Source: Pristiophorus japonicus (lineage: Eukaryota). From it: a stretch of DNA of 64,000 nt. The stretch is taken from NCBI RefSeq assembly GCF_044704955.1, contig NC_091977.1, forward strand, positions 220,472,001 through 220,536,000, written 5' to 3'. The first letter of the stretch is position 1, and every line of letters begins with the position of its first letter. A program made the position numbers and the translations under genes. Of the stretch, positions 50,201 to 61,925 are shown piece after piece. Under the pieces are notes generated by a model. It was given only the letters and a program-made list of their open reading frames with translations. It ran no database searches and had not been told where the DNA came from.

Positions 50201-51344
50201 TCCAGCAGGCAAGGGTCACAAGATATGCTGATGAAATTGAGCTCCATTGCTTGTCAGTAAAACTACTTCTGACTTCATCTGACCAGCATGTCAGCAACAT
50301 GGCTATAAACACGGGGTAGGGAGAGCAGAGGTCAAGGATGTCAGGGTGAGAGGTGACATACTAATGCCTGAAACAATGGTTGCCTTTTAAAACCTGGTGA
50401 TTTTTTTTTTCGGCTTGCACCTCTCCACCATATTTTTTATTTTCAGAAGGTAGAGCCTGTGATATATAGATGCTCCGGGACATGTGCATGATGTTTCTGT
50501 CCGCTTTCAGGAACTGATATTCTTTGAAGTGGACACTGCAGTCACTTGCCAAGCAGATGTCTTGCTGCAGTTGCATTGACTGCACACAGGACAGGCAGTG
50601 AGCCGAGTCTCTGGAGGTCTGAGACCTGGAGGGTACCACTCGCTTCAAATCGATCCATCGCTTCAAGTACTATTCTTGACATTGGACTTTCAGCTTTTCT
50701 TTTCATTTCAGACTGTGCCGAGGAGAGGGGGTGGGGGGTTGCAGGAGAACGTCTCTCTCTGCTTCCCTTTGGTCTGTGTACTGTAAGCAATATTTCAGAC
50801 CTATTTAAAAAAGAATCTAGTGAAAATCCCCTGCCAAATATTCCCTAAGGATTTCCATAGTACCTGCAGAATCCTATAAGACATAAAACTTTTATAGGAT
50901 TTGCAGTTTATCCTATGGGATTTTATAGGATTCAATTCAAGAAGCTAGCAGAATTCTATAGGATCCTTTAGGATTTCAGAAAGGGGTATTTTTAGTAAAT
51001 GGGAGGGGTCTTTTACGAAAATTCAGAATTTTTTCTATTGTGGCCTTAAAAAAAGCTTGAAAATGTGCCCACATTAGCTGCTTTTCTCACAGACTGTTTG
51101 GGTGTGAGTCATTGAGTACTTTCAGGGTCAAGATAATAGCAAAGAGTACAGCATTAACAAAAAGTTACTCCTGAACAAACGGATTATTAATTCTTGTACA
51201 GCATCCCTTTTATGCAGCTCTATTCTTTTCAGGTACTCCACCTGTTACCTTTTCTGTCTTATGTCATAGTTTCGAGCAGCGGTTGTGGATTACGAACTGA
51301 ATGTACCAGTGTGCTGTTTGTGAGGGCTTGATTATTACACTCTT

Positions 51345-51849
51345 ACACAGTTCTCTCTCCTCAGGTACTGTACCCCTCTCCTTCAAAACTGCCGTCATCA
51401 ACCCTCTCCTCAAAAAACCAACCCTTGACCCCACTGTGCTTGCAAGCTACTGCTTCATCTCCAACCTCCCTTTCCTCTCCAAAGTCCTTGAATGTGTTGC
51501 CACCTCCTAAATCCGTGCCCATCTTTCCCGGAACTCCATGTTTGAATCCCTTCAATCTGGTTTCCGCCCCTGCCACAGTACTGAAACGGCTCTCATCAAA
51601 GTCACAAATGACATCCTTTCTGACTGTGACAAAGGTAAACTATCCCTCCACATCCTTCTTGACATGTCTGCAGCCTTTGACACAGTTGATCACTCTATCC
51701 TCCTCCAACGCCTCTTTACCATCGTCCAGCTGGGTGGGACTGCACTCGCCTGGTTCCATTATTATCTATCTAATCATAGCTAGAAAATCACCTGCAATGG
51801 CTTTTCTTCCCACTCCCGCATCGTGACCTCTGGTGTCCCCCAAGGATCT
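51345..51849 (+). mobile_element. L2 LINE RT fragment, 5' part (split by CR1 copy C2)
   Basis: PLLKKPTLDP, ISNLPFLSKVLE, QSGFRPCHSTETALIKV, LLDMSAAFDTVDH, GVPQGS. Confidence 0.93.
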
Positions 51850-52632
51850 CGAGGAGAGTCGAAGAGGCGGAGCGGGATGTCAGAGAGGCCTACAAAAGGC
51901 CCAGCGTCGAGGAGAAGGCCAGCGGGGAGTCAAGGAGGCGGAGCAGGATGTCGGAGAGGCCTACAAAAGGCCCAGTGTCGAGGAGAAGGCCAGCGGGGAG
52001 TCAAGGAGGCGGAGTGGTATGTCGGAGAGGCCTACAAAAGGCCCAGCGTCGAGGAGGAGGCCAGCGGGGAGTCGAGGAGACAGAGCAGGATGTCGGAGAG
52101 GACTACAAAAGGCCCACCGTCGAGGAGAAGGCCAGTGGGGAGTCGAGGAGGCGGAGTGGTATGTCAGAGAGGCCTACAAAAGGCCCAGTGTCGAGGAGAA
52201 GGCCAGTGGGGAGTCGAGGAGGCGGAGTGGTATGTCGGAGAGGCCTACAAAAGGCCCAGTGTCGAGGAGAAGGCCAGTGGGGAGTCGAGGAGGCGGAGTG
52301 GTATGTCAGAGAGGCCTACAAAAGGCCCAGTGTCGAGGAGAAGGCCAGTGGGGAGTCGAGGAGGTGGAGTGGTATGTCAGAGAGGCCTACAAAAGGCCCA
52401 GCGTCGAGGAGAAGGCCAGCGGGGAGTTGAGGAGGCGGAGTGGTATGTCGCAGAGGCCTACAAAAGGCCCAGCGTCGAGGAGAAGGCCAGTGGGGAGTCG
52501 AGGAGGCGGAGTGGTATGTCAGAGAGGCCTACAAAAGGCCCAGCGTCGAGGAGAAGGCCAGCGGGGAGTCGAGGAGGCGGAGTGGTATGTCGGAGAGGCC
52601 TACAAAAGGCCCAGTGTCGAGGAGAAGGCCAG
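51850..52632 (+). repeat. 71-bp GC-rich tandem monomer array (11 copies) forming the CR1 5' end
   Basis: TACAAAAGGCC recurs every 71 bp from 51891 to 52601. Confidence 0.96.
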
Positions 52633-52808
52633 CTGGTGCAGCTGCAGCAGGGAGGCAAAAAAGAAGTAGAAAGCAATCGAAGAGTGACGTCACAGCCAAG
52701 TGGGTAAGAGATTGGCTGGTGATTGGTGAGTAGTTTTTCTTTTTCTTTATCAGTAAGTAACCTTTTAGCATTGTTGTTGCCAAATTAAGTTAATCTAAGG
52801 GTTAAGTC

Positions 52809-53757
52809 ATGGCAGGAGAGCTCGGGCACATGTTATGCTCCTCCTGTGCTATGTGGGAAGTCAGGGACGCTTCCTGTGTCCCTGACGACTAAATGTGTGG
52901 GAAGTGCATCCGCCTGCAGCACTTGACAGACTGTATTGCGGCACTAAAGCTGCAGGTGGATTTACTCTGGAGCATCCACGATGCTGAGAATGACGTGAAT
53001 AGCACATTTAGTGAGTTGGCCACACCGCAGGTAAAGGGTACACAGCCAGGTAGGGGATGGGTGAGCAACAGGAAGAGCAGTGGAAGGAAGGTAGTGCAGG
53101 GGTCCCCTGCGGTAATCCTCCTGCAAAACAGATACACCGCTTTGGGTACTGTTCAGGGGGATGACTCTTCAGGGGAGAGCAGCAGCAGCCAAGTTCATGG
53201 CACCGTGGGTGGCTCTGCTGCACAGGAGGGCAGGGAAAAGAGTGGGAAAGCTAAAATGGTAGGGGATTCTATTGTAAGGGGAATAGATAGGCGTTTCTGC
53301 GGCCGCAACTGAGACTCCTGGATGGTATGTAGCCTCCCTGGTGCGAGGGTCAAGGATGTCTCGGAGCGGGTGCAGGACATTTTGAAGAGGGCGGGTGAAC
53401 AGCCAGTTGTCGTGGTGCATATAGGTAACAACTATATACGTAAAAAAATGGGATGAGGTCCTACAAGATGTATTTAGGGAGCTAGGAGCTAAATTAAAAA
53501 GTGGGACTTCACAAGTAGTAATCTCAGGATTGCTACCAGTGCCACATGCTAGTCAGAGTAGGTATCGCAGGATAGCTCAGATGGATACATTGCTTGAGGA
53601 GTGGTGCAGAAGGGAGGGATTCTAATTCCTGGGACATTGGAACCGGTTCTGGGGGAGGTGCGACCAGTACAAACCGGACGGTCTGCACCTGGGCAGGACC
53701 GGAACCAATGTCCAAGGGGGAGTGTTTGTTAGTGCTGTTGGGGAGAGGTTAAACTAA
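52809..53757 (+). pseudogene. C2 ORF1 Zn finger / esterase, with stops
   Basis: MAGELGH.LCSSC, CGKC, VGDSIVRG, LPGARVKDV, DGLHL. Confidence 0.9.
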
Positions 53758-53885
53758 TATGGCAGGGGGATGGAAACCTATGCAGGGAGACAAAGGGAAG
53801 TAGACAGAGGGAAGCAAAAGATAGAAAGAAGAAAAGTAAAAGTGGAGGGCAGAGAAACCCAAGGTAAAAAGCAAAAAGGGCCAAA

Positions 53886-56738
53886 TTGCAGCAAAATTCT
53901 AAAGGGGCAAAGTGTGTTAAAAAGACAAGCCTGAAGGCTCTGTGCCTCAATGCGAGGAGTATTCAGAATAAGGTGGACGAATTAACTGTGCAGATAGCAG
54001 TTAATGGATATGATGTAATTGGCATCACGGAGACATGGCTCCAGGGTGACCAAGGCTGGGAACTCAACATCCAGGGATATTCAACATTTAGGAAGGATAG
54101 ACAGAATGGAAAAGGAGGTGGGATGGCATTGCTGGTTAAAGAGGAAATTAATGCAATAGTAAAGAAGGACATTAGCTTGGATGATGTGGAATCAGTATGG
54201 GTGGAGCTACGGAATACCAAAGGGCAGAAAACTCTAGTGGGAGTTGTGTACAGACCACCAAATAGTAGTAGTGAGGTTGGGGACAGCATCAAACAAGAAA
54301 TTGGGATGCGTGCAATAAAGGTAAAGCAGTTATCATGGGCGACTTTAATCTACATATTGATTGGACTAACCAAACTCATAGCAATGCGGTGGAGGAGGAT
54401 TTCCTGGAGTGTATTAGGGATGGTTTTCTAGACCAATATGTCGAGGAACCAACTAGAGGGCTGTCCATCCTAGACTGGGTGATGTGCAATGAGAAAAGAC
54501 TAATTAGCAATCTTGTTGTAAGAGGCCCTTTGGGAAGAGTGACCATAATATGGTAGAATTCTTTATTAAGATGGAAAGTGACACAGTTAATTCAGAGACT
54601 AGGGGTCCTGAACTTAAGGAAAGGTAACTTCGATGGTATGAGAAGTGAATTGGCTAGAATAGACTGGCGAGTGATACTTAAAGGGTTGATAGTGGATAGG
54701 TTGACGGTGAACATTTAAAGATCACATGGATGAACTTCAACAATTGTACATCCCTGTCTGGAGTCAACATAAAACGGGGAAGGTGGCTCAACCGTGGCTA
54801 ACAAGGGAAATTAAGGACCGTGCTAAATCCAAGGCAGAGACATATAAATTGGCCAGAAAAAGCAGCAAACTTGACGACTGGGAGAAATTTGTAATACAGC
54901 AGAGGGGGACAAAGGGTTTAATTAGGAGGGGGAAAATAGAGTATGAGAGGAAGCTTGCTGGGAACATAAAAACTGACTGCAAAAGCTTCTACAGATATGT
55001 GAAGAGAAAAAGATTAGTGAAAACAAACGTAAGTCCTTTGCAGTCGGATTCAGGTGAATTTATAATGGGGAACAAAGAAGTGGCGAACCAGTTAAACAAA
55101 TACTTTGGTTCTCTCTTCACAAAGGAAGACACAAATAACCTTCCTGAAATACTAGGGGACCGAGGGTCTAGTGAGAAGGAGGAACTGAAGGAAATCCTTA
55201 ATAAGCTGGAAATTGTGTTAGGGAAATTGATGGGATTGAAGGCCGATAAATCCCCAGGGCCTTATAGTCTGCATCCCAGAGTACTTAAGGAAGTAGCCCT
55301 AGAAATAGTGGATGCATTGGTGATCATTTTCCAACAGTTTATCGACTCTGGATCGGTTCCTATGGACTGGAGGGTAGCTAATGTAACACCACTTCTCAAG
55401 AAAGGAGGGAGAGAGAAAACGGGTAATTATAGATCGATTAGCCTAACATCAGTAGTGGGGAAAATGTTGGAATCAATTATTAAAGATGAAATAGCAGCAC
55501 ATTTGGAAAGCAGTGACGGGATTGGTCCAAGTCTGCATGGATTTATGAAGGGGAAACCCTGCTTGACAAATCTTCTAGAATCTTTTGAGGATGTAACTGG
55601 TAGAGTGGACAAGGGAAAACCAATGGATGTGGTGTATTTGGACTTTCAAAAGGCTTTTGACAAGGTCCCACACAAGAGATTGGTGTGCAAAATTAAAGCA
55701 CATGGTTTTGGGGGTAATGTACTGACATGGATAAAGAACTGGTTGGCAGACAGGAAGCAGAGAGTCGGGATAAATGGGTCCTTTTCAGAATGACAGGCAG
55801 TGACTAGTGGGGTACCGCAGGGCTCAGTGCTGGGACCACAGCTATTTGCAATATACATTAATGATTTGGATGAGGGAATTGAGTGTAATATCTCCAAGTT
55901 TGCAGATGACACTAAGCTGGGTGGCAGTGTGAGCTGTGAGGAGGAGGCTAAAAGGCTGCAGGGTGACTTGGACAGGTTAGGTGAGTGGGCAAACACATGG
56001 CAGATGCAGTATAATGTAGCTAAATGTGAGGTTATCCACTTTGGGGGCAAAAACACAAAAGCAGAATATTATCTGAATGGCGGCAGATTAGGAAAAGGAG
56101 AGGTGCAGCGAGACCTGGGTGTCATTGTACATCAGTCATTGAAAGTTGGCATGCAGGTATAGCAGGTGGTGAAGAAGGCAAATGTATGTTGGCCGTCATA
56201 GCTAGGGGATTGGAGTAGAGGAGCAGGGAGGTCTTACTGCAGTTGTACAGGGCCTTGATGAGGCCTCATCTGGAATATTGTGTTCAGTTTTTGGTCTCCT
56301 AATCTGAGGAAGGACGTTCTTGCTATTGAGGAAGTGCAGCAAAGGTTCACCAGACAGATTCCCGGGATGGCAGGATTGACATATGAGGAGAGACTGGATC
56401 GACTGGGCCTGTATTCTCTGGAGTTTAGAAGGATGAGAGGGGATCTCATAGAAACATATAAAATTCTGACGGGACTGGACAGGTTAGATGCAGGAAGAAT
56501 GTTGCCGATGTTGGGGAAGTCCAGAACCAGGGGACATAGTCTGAGGATGTGGGATAAGCCATTTAGGACTGAGATGAGGAGAAACTTCTTCACTCAGAGA
56601 GTTGTTAACCTGTGGAATTCCCTACCGCAGAGAGTTGTTGATGCCACTTCATTGGATATATTCAAGAGGGAGTTAGATATGGCCCTTACGGCTAAAAGGA
56701 TCAAAGGGTATGGAGAGAAATCAGGAAAGGGGTACTGA
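53886..56738 (+). pseudogene. C2 ORF2 APE-RT, disrupted
   Basis: ORF fragments 53886-56738 are colinear with C1 ORF2. Confidence 0.94.
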
Positions 56739-56830
56739 GGTGAATGATCAGCCATGATCTTATTGAATGGTGGTGCAGGTTCGAAGGGTCAGAATGGCCT
56801 ACTCCTGCACCTATTTTCTATGTTTCTATG

Positions 56831-57633
56831 ATCTATCCTTGGCTCCCTCCTATTTCTCATCTATATGCTGCCCCTTGGTGACATCATCGGGAAATACGGC
56901 GTCAGTTTCCAAATGTACACTGACGACACCCAGCTCTACCTCACCACCACTTCTCTAAATTGTCAGACTGCTTGTCCGACATCAAGTACTGGATGAGCAG
57001 AAATTTTCTGCCATTAAATATTGGGAAGACCAAAGCCATTGTCTTTGGAACCCGCCACAAACTGCGTCTCCTCGCCACCGACTCCATCCCTCTCCCTAGC
57101 TGAACCAGACTGTTCGCAACCTAGGTGTCATATTTGACCCCGAAATGAGCTTCTGGCCACATATCCGCGGCTTTACTAAAACCGTCTATTTCCACCTCCG
57201 TAACATCGCCCATCTCCGCCTTGACCTCGCCTCGTCTGCTGCTGAAACCCTCATCCATGCCTTTGTTACCTCTAGACTTGACTACTCCAACGCACGTCTG
57301 GTTGGCCTGCCACATTCTACCCTACGCAAACTTGAAGTCATCCAAAACTCACCTGCCCGTGTCCTAACTCGCACCAAGTCCCATTCACCCATCACCCCTG
57401 TGCTCGCTGACCTACATTGGCTCCCGGTTAAGCAACGCCTCGATTTCCAAATTCTCATCCTTGTTTACAAATCCTTCCATAGCCTCGCCCCGCCCTATCC
57501 CTGTAATATCCTCTAGTCCCACAACCGCCCCGAGATATCAATTTCTGCTCTCTTGAACATCTCTGATTGAAATTGCTGAACCATCGGTGGCCATGCCTTC
57601 AGCTGCCTGGGCCCTAATCACTGGAACTCCCTC
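56831..57633 (+). mobile_element. L2 LINE, 3' part
   Basis: Continues SILG.LLF, YTDDTQLY, LIHAFVTSRLDYSN, HITPVLADLHWLPV. Confidence 0.93.
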
Positions 57634-57638
57634 AAAAA

Positions 57639-58168
57639 GGGCTCAATTTTGGCCAGGAGTTGCTCTTTTTTTGGAGCAACTTGATTTTTCAGGAGTACCT
57701 TAAAAATCCCCATTTTGCACATTCAATTTGCGCAAGTTTAAGTGAGTTAGTTAGGATTTTTTTTGTTTCGTTTTTTTTCTCAAAAGGGAGCGTTACCAGC
57801 CACTTACGCCAGTTTTGGCCATTTAGGCCACTTTGGCCAGCTAATTGTTACTCCAAATCTACTTAGGCCAGCGTATGTGGCCACTTCAGAAAACCCTTGC
57901 GGAGAGTTAAGAAATCAGCGTTGGTAGGTACATCGGAGGTCAGCAGAACTTAATGACTTGACTAAAGAATGTGAATAGGATCAAACAGCTATACAGGACA
58001 TCATATGACAAACTTCGCAAAGTTAATTTACTATACAACAGAAGCATTCATGGAAGCTTAAACTACAAAAATAAAAGTAAAAGATAGTTGAAGTAAATTG
58101 CCCTAATCTCACAACTAATTTAAACAACTATTTGTTTGCAATGATTATGCTGGGCCAAAATTGAGCCC
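57639..58168. mobile_element. Non-autonomous TIR element (Harbinger-like MITE)
   Basis: Perfect 16-bp TIR GGGCTCAATTTTGGCC / GGCCAAAATTGAGCCC; flanks AAA / ATA. Confidence 0.8.
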
Positions 58169-59782
58169 ATATTATCTAAATAAAGTCGACTTCAATAAAT
58201 AAGATATTCTCTCAGTGTTCCTCCGTCACTTATGTTCTTTTTTCTCAATAGCACCAGGTGAATAGGCTTGACAAATGGTCACCGCTATTCACAAGAGACA
58301 AAACATATTTACATAATATTTTCAAAATATCCAAAAGTCCAGGAAAATGACAAGTCTTTAAGAAAGTTCAAAAATAGCTAGGGGCAGGCATCGGGTCCCA
58401 CACACACAGCGGCTGCAGCAGACACACAGAGAAACTGTAGCGAGGAGCTACTGCACATGCGCAGACACTCCACTGCGCATGTGCAGATGTCCCGGCACTG
58501 TTTTCAGCGCAGGCCGCTGGCTCCGCCCCCGACTCGACTGGCCATGCTGCACATCCTGTGGCAGCCATATGGGTGTACAGTGTCAAGTGAAATAAACCTG
58601 GCCATGGTGAAGCCATCCCTGGCATCCCAGGCAGCAATGTGCTCCGGTGCTGATGCCCTATGTCCTGTGCAGCATCAGGCGATTGCGGAGAAGGTTGGTG
58701 TTGTTGTTGGTAATGCTGGTGTGCCTCGTGATGTCGGTGTTAGGGCTCATCATGGTGGGATTCTGAGGACCAACGTGAGATTTTTTTTCAAGGGCACCAA
58801 TGCTGATGGAATAGATGGCAGCTGAAGTTGAGATGACAGAGCGATCTGTCATTGGTGAGAAAGGTTGCTCCAAGGAGGTGACACTGGATAGAGAGTTCAC
58901 TGCAAACACTTCAAACCTCCATAAAGCTGAAACATGTATTCCAAATCCTGAAGGCTCCGGCTTCTAAGATTGGAAATTGAACAGCTGTGAAATGGTAGCT
59001 TTTATATCACTTCTGCAGCTGTCAATTAGTCAAACCAATCCAGAGTTGTTGAGAACCAGACACACTTACCTGACATGGTACCCGGGGGAGGGAACCTCAT
59101 AGAAACTTGGTACAATGGTTAGGACCTGGTAAAATGTTGCTTAAATAGCTTTAAGCAGCTTCTTAACTCTCTCAATTGCCTGACACGCCGCTTAGTGCCA
59201 GGTCTGCAAACCGCAGGCAGAGCCGGCACTTGGAAAATTCACAATGAGGTGGGTTCAGAACGGACTTCCGCCCCACTGTCAATCAGGACCAACTCCAAAC
59301 CTGCACTCGCAGGGCTGGTCAGATTCTGACCATAGCAATTTGTGGACAAAAAAGGTGGAAGATCATATTTTTCTTTCCACAGATCATCCAGACAGGTTAT
59401 TAGGCTCACCAAATAATTAGTTTGTTGACTTTCTCCATATCAACCCCTTGCTCAGGATTGACATTAGATTGAAATAAAGATAAAGGATGTGATTTTCATT
59501 CATGGCTGAATGTCTTCTGTTTTGACCTTCACGGCAAAGTGTACGCTCCTAGGGATTGCAGACTTCATAAACAATGCTTGGTATTTCAGTAAAGGACCCT
59601 TTCTGAGTTTGGTTACAAATTATATAGAATGTACAGCACAGAAACAGACTTTTTGGCACTGCTGATTCATGTTGGTGTTATTGTGTCAGCCTTGGCTCAG
59701 TGGAAGAACTCTCACCTCTGGAGTCAGAACATTGGGTTACGCACTTGAAAAGTGGCTTAAGGCAGTGCTGAACAATAACTGT

Positions 59783-59960
59783 ACCCTCCTTCCCCCCTCC
59801 GCCCTTCTCCCCTTGCCTCTACCCTCCCCCCTCCTCCCTCCCCTCTCCCCCTTTCCTCCTCTCCTTACCCCTTGCCCCCTTCCATGCCCCTCCATTCCCC
59901 CCTTGCCCCCTCTCCCCTATCTCCCCACCCCTCTTCCCTCCCCTGTCACTTCCCTCTCTG
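59783..59960. repeat. C/T-rich low-complexity tract
   Basis: Nearly pure polypyrimidine CCCT/CCCCT runs. Confidence 0.9.
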
Positions 59961-60188
59961 CACTTCACATCCTCCTAATTAGCAAAGAACTTACTCTGAT
60001 GCACATCCAGCAGGAAAGAATATTATCAAGCAGACATGTCATAGAATTTACAGCACAGAAAAGGCCATTTGGCCCAACAGGTCTATGCCAGTGTTTATGC
60101 CCCACACAAGCACATTTTGCATGGTTCCCATATTTGGACCACATTAGTCATTCTCTACAATCTATCCGGAGGAAGATGCTAGAAAATT

Positions 60189-60819
60189 GGGCTGGATTTT
60201 CAGGTCATTTGCGACCCAGTTTTCACCAGGTTTTGCCCCTCCGCAGCAAAAAATGGGGTGGTGAGCTCTTTTGCATTTGGGCGCGATCCTCCAGTTGGGT
60301 TTTGCTGCGGCGCTTAGAAGCACCACCAGGAGAGCTGCGCTGGGTGTGCAGCGGTTCTCCTTGCGACACCAGTAGAAGTTTCGACAAATACCCAACCCGT
60401 ACACCGTGAAGCGCGCCCCGCAATGACCGCCAGGGAAAACAGCGGTCCAGCCCTGCCGGCGGCAGTGAGGTGGATAAACTGCAACAAAGGTAAGTTCCAG
60501 TCTTTATTCTTTTATATTTTTGTAGCGATTTGTGTTGTAAGGGTGTTGGCAATGTTTTTTAAATGTTTTTGTGAATTTGTTTTTAAATCCACCCCTCCCC
60601 ACACCCAAGGCCTGTCTCGGAGCACTCCCGACTCCGCACTTTAGTTGGCGAAGTTCCCGTTTTTGCACCGCGAAAGTCGTACAACGCCTCCCTTTGCATT
60701 GTGTCCCGCAAGGGCCAAATGAAAAAATTGCGCCACACAGCGCAAACATTAATCGGGTGGTAAATTTCCTGCCTGCCTCCATTTTCGCTTCGAAAAGAGC
60801 AAAGCCAAAAATCCAGCCC
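60189..60819. mobile_element. Non-autonomous TIR element (Harbinger-like), CpG-rich
   Basis: 12-bp TIR GGGCTGGATTTT / AAAATCCAGCCC with AATT on both flanks. Confidence 0.75.
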
Positions 60820-61609
60820 AATTTCTGTGTGTCGTGGGCTCCAAGACATGGCTGGTCGAAACGAGCATAAGTTTCTGGAAGATAAGCAGCCATAGGTTGT
60901 GGCATGAGGAGGAGCCAGAGCATGATGGCAGAAGCTGGGCAATCGCTGCAGGACTCACCAAGGCGTCCCAGGCTCTGACTGAGTCTTTTTTCTTTTCTTG
61001 AGGCCGACCTTTATGTTTCATTTTTAACCATTCCTCAACAGTACTGTTTATGTGGAAGCTACTCATTTTGAAACTAAACAATGACTGCAAAGTTTATGGT
61101 CGGGTGCTTGTGTGTTGAAGGTGTAGTGTGTGGCTCGGGAGATGTGCCTAACCCTTGTGGTCTGTGCGCCATGATATTTCTCCTGTACCACCCCTGCGAC
61201 AGGTACCACTGAAGTAAATGGGTGTGGAGACTTCCTGAAAGGTTTGCTGTGTACCTAGTTGTCATTCAGTTGGTCCTTTATCTCGATGTGTGCCAGATCT
61301 TACAGCCGATCCTCCCTCAGCTGCTGGAGTTTGCTTGTTTATCGGGACTTCCACCATTACATATCCACATATGGCTGCTAGCAAGTGACTTGTGATCAGC
61401 TGACGATCATTTGCTTGTTCCTGTGCTCAGAGCTGTACAAACACAGAGGGTTCCACTTCCATGTCTCCAAATTCCTCGCTAATGGTGCTCTGCAATCTGT
61501 CTCGAAACATGTTATAGCTGGCCATTATCATATTTTTAGATGCCAACACCTTGATAATATCAGTGGGAATAATATGCTTGAGGTCTCCCCGACAGATGAC
61601 ACTGATGCT

Positions 61610-61925
61610 CTGTTATGTTAAACTTGTATGGAACCTTGGTTGAATTGCACTTGGAGTACTGTGCACAGTTCTGGTCTCCATATTATAAAAAGGATATAGA
61701 GGCACTGGAGAAGGTGCAAAAAAAGATTTGTTATCAGAACTGAGAGAATATACTGGTTTGGGAAAACTGAACAGGCTGGGGCTCTGTTCTCTACAAAAGA
61801 GAAGACTGAGAGGTGACCTGATGAAGGTCTTTAAAATTATGAAGGGGTTTGATAGGGTAGACGTAGAGAAACTGTTTCCACTTGTGGGGAGACCAGAACT
61901 AAGGGCCATAAATATAAATATAACT
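61610..61925 (+). mobile_element. Old CR1 fragment abutting a younger CR1
   Basis: LNRLGLCSLQKRRLRGDLMKVFKIMKGFDRVD. Confidence 0.85.

Larger units (their letters stand above)
51850..56830 (+). mobile_element. Near-full-length CR1 LINE (copy C2) inserted in L2
   Basis: 5' 71-bp monomer array, ORF1, ORF2, 3' UTR, TTTCTATG tail; GATCT duplicated at 51845-49 and 56830-34. Confidence 0.96.

Noticed and set aside
50361-50848. Possible host exon (acceptor-like TTTCATTTCAG near 50710, donor-like GTAAGC near 50783)
   Set aside because: No recognisable protein similarity and no partner exons; cannot be supported without RNA-seq
51823-52733. Long overlapping repetitive ORFs (294, 278 and 160 aa) as a novel protein
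   Set aside because: Artefact of the stop-poor 71-bp array; the N-terminal TSGVPQGS comes from the interrupted L2
59669-60409. 246-aa proline-rich ORF
   Set aside because: It runs through a SINE head, a polypyrimidine tract, a CR1 tail and a MITE, with no coherent domain
61074-61340. Ancient Gypsy integrase tail (QGWYRRN)
   Set aside because: Only a short motif resemblance; too weak to annotate
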